54,252 nucleotides of DNA from an uncultured Sandaracinaceae bacterium. GTDB taxonomy: Bacteria > Myxococcota_A > Polyangia > Polyangiales > Sandaracinaceae. The first letter of the stretch is position 1, and the number at the start of each line of letters is the position of its first letter. The stretch spans positions 25,855-80,106 of the forward strand of contig CAYZQM010000002.1 in assembly GCA_964480175.1 (NCBI GenBank). Direction: 5' to 3'. The position numbers and the translations under genes were made by a program. This document shows positions 51,234 to 54,252 of the stretch, piece by piece. The notes beneath the pieces were generated by a model, which was given only the letters and a program-made list of their open reading frames with translations, had not been told where the DNA came from and did no database searches.

Positions 51234-52649
51234 ATGCGCATCGCTTCGTCCGCCATCGCTTCGCTCGCGATCTTGTCCCTGACCGCGTGTGATCCCACCA
51301 CCACCGAGCCCGAGGACGCAGGCGCCGACGCGCCGCGGATGCCGCGCGACGGTGGCCCCGATACCCGCGAGCCGTACGACGCGGGCAGCGGCCCTCGCAT
51401 CCCCGAGAGCGAGGCGGCGGCAGGTCGCGAAGGCTGCGCGTACGAGCGCGGCGCGATGCCGTGGGAGACGATCGGCGAGGAGTTCCCCATCGGCGCCGAG
51501 ATCCCCATCCGGCACTTCATCCTCGTGATGCAGGAGAACCGCAGCTTCGATCACTACTTCGGCGCGATGGAGGGCGTCGATGGGATCACACCGGAGATGT
51601 CGAACCCCGAGGCGGACGGAACCCCCGTGCCCGCGTTCCACACCGACGAGTACTGCATCGACGATCCCCACCACGGCTGGACCGCGACCCACGGCCAGTG
51701 GAACGACGGCGCCAACGACGGTTTCGTCACCCACAACGGCGAGAACGGCGCGCGCGCGATGGGCTACCTCACCGAGGAGGATCTGCCTTTCTACTACGAC
51801 CTCTACTCGCGCTTCGCGATGAGCGATCACCACTTCTGTTCGGTGCTCGGTCCCACCTGGCCCAACCGCGAGTACTACCTGGCCGCGAGCTCGTTCGGCA
51901 TGACGGGCAACGACCCGATCGCGCGCGACCGCTACGTCGATGCCGGCGATCGGATCATCTTCCACGGGCTCGAGCGCGCGGGCGTCGACTGGCGCATCTA
52001 CCACTCGACCGTGCCGTTCGTGTGGGGCGCGTTCGCGAGCTGGGCGTTCGCCGAGCCCGCGCGGGGCCGCACCCGCGATCTGGAGCGGTTCTACGAGGAC
52101 ATCGAGAACGGCGAGCTTCCCGAGGTGGCATGGGTCGATCCGACGTGGTCGCTCAGCAGCACCCAAACCACCGACGAGCATCCGCCCGCCAACCCGCAGA
52201 TCGGCCAGGCGTGGCTGCGCGATCTGGTGACCCGAGTGATGGCCAGTCCGCAGTGGGCGGAGACCGCGATCATCATCACGTACGACGAGCACGGCGGCTT
52301 CTGGGACCACGCGCCGCCCCCCGAGGCGTGCCCGCCCGGCGACTACCCTGCGGAGGGCGGCGGCGGCGACGGCTTCGATCGCCTCGGGATCCGGGTGCCC
52401 TTCGTGATCGTCTCGCCCTACTCGCGCGCGGGCTACGTCTCGGATCGGGTCACCGATCACGCGTCGATCCTCCGGCTGCTCGAGGCGCGCTATCTCCTAC
52501 CTGCCATGACGGGGCGCGACGCGAACGCGTGGCCGCTGCTCGACATGTTCGACTTCGAGGGCGTGCCCTTCATGACGCCGCCGACCGATCTGGCCGCCGC
52601 GCCCGTGAACGAGGCGCGCAACGAGGCGTGCAGGAGCTTCTCCGAGTAG
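51234..52649 (+). CDS. phospholipase C/acid phosphatase-type phosphoesterase family lipoprotein
   Basis: Lipobox LAILSLTAC from ATG 51234. Hallmark HFILVMQENRSFDHYFG, then HPPANPQIGQ, ITYDEHGGFWDH and GIRVPFVIVSPY. Confidence 0.8.
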   Translation: MRIASSAIASLAILSLTACDPTTTEPEDAGADAPRMPRDGGPDTREPYDAGSGPRIPESEAAAGREGCAYERGAMPWETIGEEFPIGAEIPIRHFILVMQENRSFDHYFGAMEGVDGITPEMSNPEADGTPVPAFHTDEYCIDDPHHGWTATHGQWNDGANDGFVTHNGENGARAMGYLTEEDLPFYYDLYSRFAMSDHHFCSVLGPTWPNREYYLAASSFGMTGNDPIARDRYVDAGDRIIFHGLERAGVDWRIYHSTVPFVWGAFASWAFAEPARGRTRDLERFYEDIENGELPEVAWVDPTWSLSSTQTTDEHPPANPQIGQAWLRDLVTRVMASPQWAETAIIITYDEHGGFWDHAPPPEACPPGDYPAEGGGGDGFDRLGIRVPFVIVSPYSRAGYVSDRVTDHASILRLLEARYLLPAMTGRDANAWPLLDMFDFEGVPFMTPPTDLAAAPVNEARNEACRSFSE

Positions 52650-52676
52650 CTTGCGCGTTCGGCGCTTCATCCCAAA

Positions 52677-53318
52677 GTGCCGCCCGTGCCCGCCCAGCGA
52701 GACGCGAACCGACCCGGACCTGCGGAGTACCTCGCCGCGATCGTGACCTTGGCCGTGGGCGGCCCGCTGCTCTTCGCGTTCGCCTCGGCGCTGGCCGATG
52801 GGGAGATGCGCCGCCGCGAGGCCCCGCTCCGCGCGCTCCTGGGCGAGGCCTACGAGCCGTTGGTGCGCGGCGAGCCGACCGAGATCCACTACCTGGGCGA
52901 CGATCGCCTCGCGCCCGACTTCACCCTCGAGGACGTCGACGGCCAGCCGTGGCGCCTGAGCGATCACCGAGGCCAGGTCGTCGTCATGAACTTCTGGTCG
53001 ATCACCTGCGGGCCCTGCGTGCAGGAGATGCCGTCGATCATCGATCTGGGCCGCATGGTCGAGGATCGCGACGACATCGAGGTGGTGACCGTCACCATCG
53101 ATCGGCGCGAGTCCGACGTCCGCAGCGTGGTGCCCGCGAGTGCCTCGCTCCGCGTGTTGATGGACCGCGATCGCGCCGTGGTGCGCGGCCAGTACGGCAC
53201 CGTGCTCTTCCCCGAGACCTGGATCATCGATCGCGAAGGCGTGATCCGGATGCGGATCGACGCGCCCTTCGACTGGTCCAGCGCCATCGCGCTCGACGCC
53301 ATCGAGTCGTTCCTCTGA
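52677..53318 (+). CDS. TlpA-like thiol:disulfide oxidoreductase (redoxin)
   Basis: N-terminal TM anchor, then VVVMNFWSITCGPCVQEMP (CxxC in a thioredoxin-fold context). GTG start. Confidence 0.75.
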   Translation: MPPVPAQRDANRPGPAEYLAAIVTLAVGGPLLFAFASALADGEMRRREAPLRALLGEAYEPLVRGEPTEIHYLGDDRLAPDFTLEDVDGQPWRLSDHRGQVVVMNFWSITCGPCVQEMPSIIDLGRMVEDRDDIEVVTVTIDRRESDVRSVVPASASLRVLMDRDRAVVRGQYGTVLFPETWIIDREGVIRMRIDAPFDWSSAIALDAIESFL

Positions 53319-53393
53319 TCGACGCTCCGCAGGTGCGCGCGAGGTGAGGGAACTCCGGGCCGTCCGCCCGGGCGGAGCGCAGCATCGCCCCCG

Positions 53394-54252
53394 ATGCGTG
53401 TGAACGTCCTCGGCGGCGGCCCTGCGGGGCTGTACCTGGCCATCCTCCTCAAGAAGCGCGATCCGGATCACGTCATCCGGGTGATCGAGCGGAACGCGCC
53501 CGACGACACCTTCGGCTGGGGCGTGGTCTTCTCCGACGAGACGATGGGCAACCTCGAGGAGGCGGACCCCGAGACCTACGCGCTCATCACGGCGGAGTTC
53601 TGCCGCTGGACCGACATCGACGTGTTCGTCGAGGACGCGCACGTGCGCTCGAGCGGGCACGGCTTCTGCGGCATCGCGCGCAAGCGCCTCTTGCAGATCC
53701 TCCAGGAGCGCGCGGCGGGCCTCGGCGTCGAGCTGAGCTTCAAGACCGAGATCAGCGACATCGCCGCGCTGCGCGCCGACTGCGATCTCTTGGTGGGCGC
53801 CGATGGTCTGCGCAGCGTGGTGCGCCAGCACTTCGCCGACGTGTTCCGACCCTCGCTGGACGTCCGCAAGGCCCGCTACATCTGGCTCGGTACGACCAAG
53901 CGCTGGGACACGTTCACTTTCAGCTTCCGCAAGAACGAGCACGGCCTCTTTCAGATCCACGCGTACCCGTTCGACGCCGCGCACGGCACGATGATCGTCG
54001 AGACCGACGAGGCGACGTACCTGCGCGCCGGGCTCGATCGGGCGAGCGAGGCCGAGAGCGTCGCGTACTGCGAGCGGCTCTTCGCCAAGGAGCTCGAGGG
54101 CCATCGCTGCATGCCCAACCGCTCGAGCTGGATCCAGTTCACCACCATCAAGAACGAGCGCTGGTGGCACGAGAACGTCGTGATCGTCGGCGACGCGGCG
54201 CACACCGCGCACTTCTCGATCGGCTCGGGCACCAAGCTCGCGCTCGAGGACG
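53394..54252 (+). CDS. FAD-dependent monooxygenase, N-terminal part (salicylyl-CoA 5-hydroxylase-like); continues beyond the right edge
   Basis: Not in the track because no stop lies in the window. MRVNVLGGGPAGLYLAILLKK (GxGxxG), TFGWGVVFSD, LLVGADGLRSVVR (GADG) and VVIVGDAAHTAHFSIGSGTKLALED (GD motif). High GC3. Confidence 0.75.
   Translation, partial: MRVNVLGGGPAGLYLAILLKKRDPDHVIRVIERNAPDDTFGWGVVFSDETMGNLEEADPETYALITAEFCRWTDIDVFVEDAHVRSSGHGFCGIARKRLLQILQERAAGLGVELSFKTEISDIAALRADCDLLVGADGLRSVVRQHFADVFRPSLDVRKARYIWLGTTKRWDTFTFSFRKNEHGLFQIHAYPFDAAHGTMIVETDEATYLRAGLDRASEAESVAYCERLFAKELEGHRCMPNRSSWIQFTTIKNERWWHENVVIVGDAAHTAHFSIGSGTKLALED

Noticed and set aside
52497-54212. 571-aa minus-strand ORF
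   Set aside because: Antisense to the TlpA-like gene and to the FAD monooxygenase gene, both of which have clear motifs. Shadow composition.
1-54252. Scan for tRNA, rRNA, CRISPR arrays, IS elements, integrases and prophage genes
   Set aside because: None recognised by eye in any intergenic region. The only mobile-type element supported is the intein. I cannot exclude small RNAs without a covariance-model search.

Overview
About 70% GC, gene-dense chromosomal DNA with roughly 50 protein-coding genes. I recognised no rRNA, tRNA, CRISPR array or intact IS/prophage. Gene content points to a myxobacterium (Myxococcota). This is an inference from one MYXO-CTERM-type sorting tail, many Hanks-type Ser/Thr kinases, PEGA-like domains, Cys-rich myxobacterial repeats and many lipoproteins. 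High GC produces many long antisense shadow ORFs in the track (Arg/Ala/Gly/Pro-rich). I rejected these and trimmed several track ORFs to internal starts supported by signal peptides, family N-termini or third-position GC. Housekeeping and envelope genes include spoVR, cysQ-like, relA/spoT, psd, GH92, GH13, a PLC-type phosphoesterase, a TlpA-like redoxin, an LLM oxidoreductase and an MBL hydrolase. Items most worth a second look: (1) a complete LAGLIDADG-type intein splitting SpoVR exactly inside its conserved NEGWA/SYWH motif. (2) A compact orphan locus with two head-to-head flavin-dependent-halogenase-like paralogues carrying the halogenase motifs, a stand-alone ACP, a KAS-type ketosynthase and a translationally coupled N-formylglutamate-amidohydrolase-family gene. 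(3) A kinase-like protein lacking the catalytic Lys, HRD Asp and DFG Asp, fused to a PhnD-like solute-binding domain. (4) A small PD-(D/E)XK-like gene followed by an ORF the track does not list separately. (5) A lipoprotein with four TSP1-like Cys-rich tandem repeats. (6) A psd / methyltransferase-with-long-disordered-arm / lipoprotein / acyltransferase-3 gene string. All functional calls come from motif reading by eye; no database search was possible.
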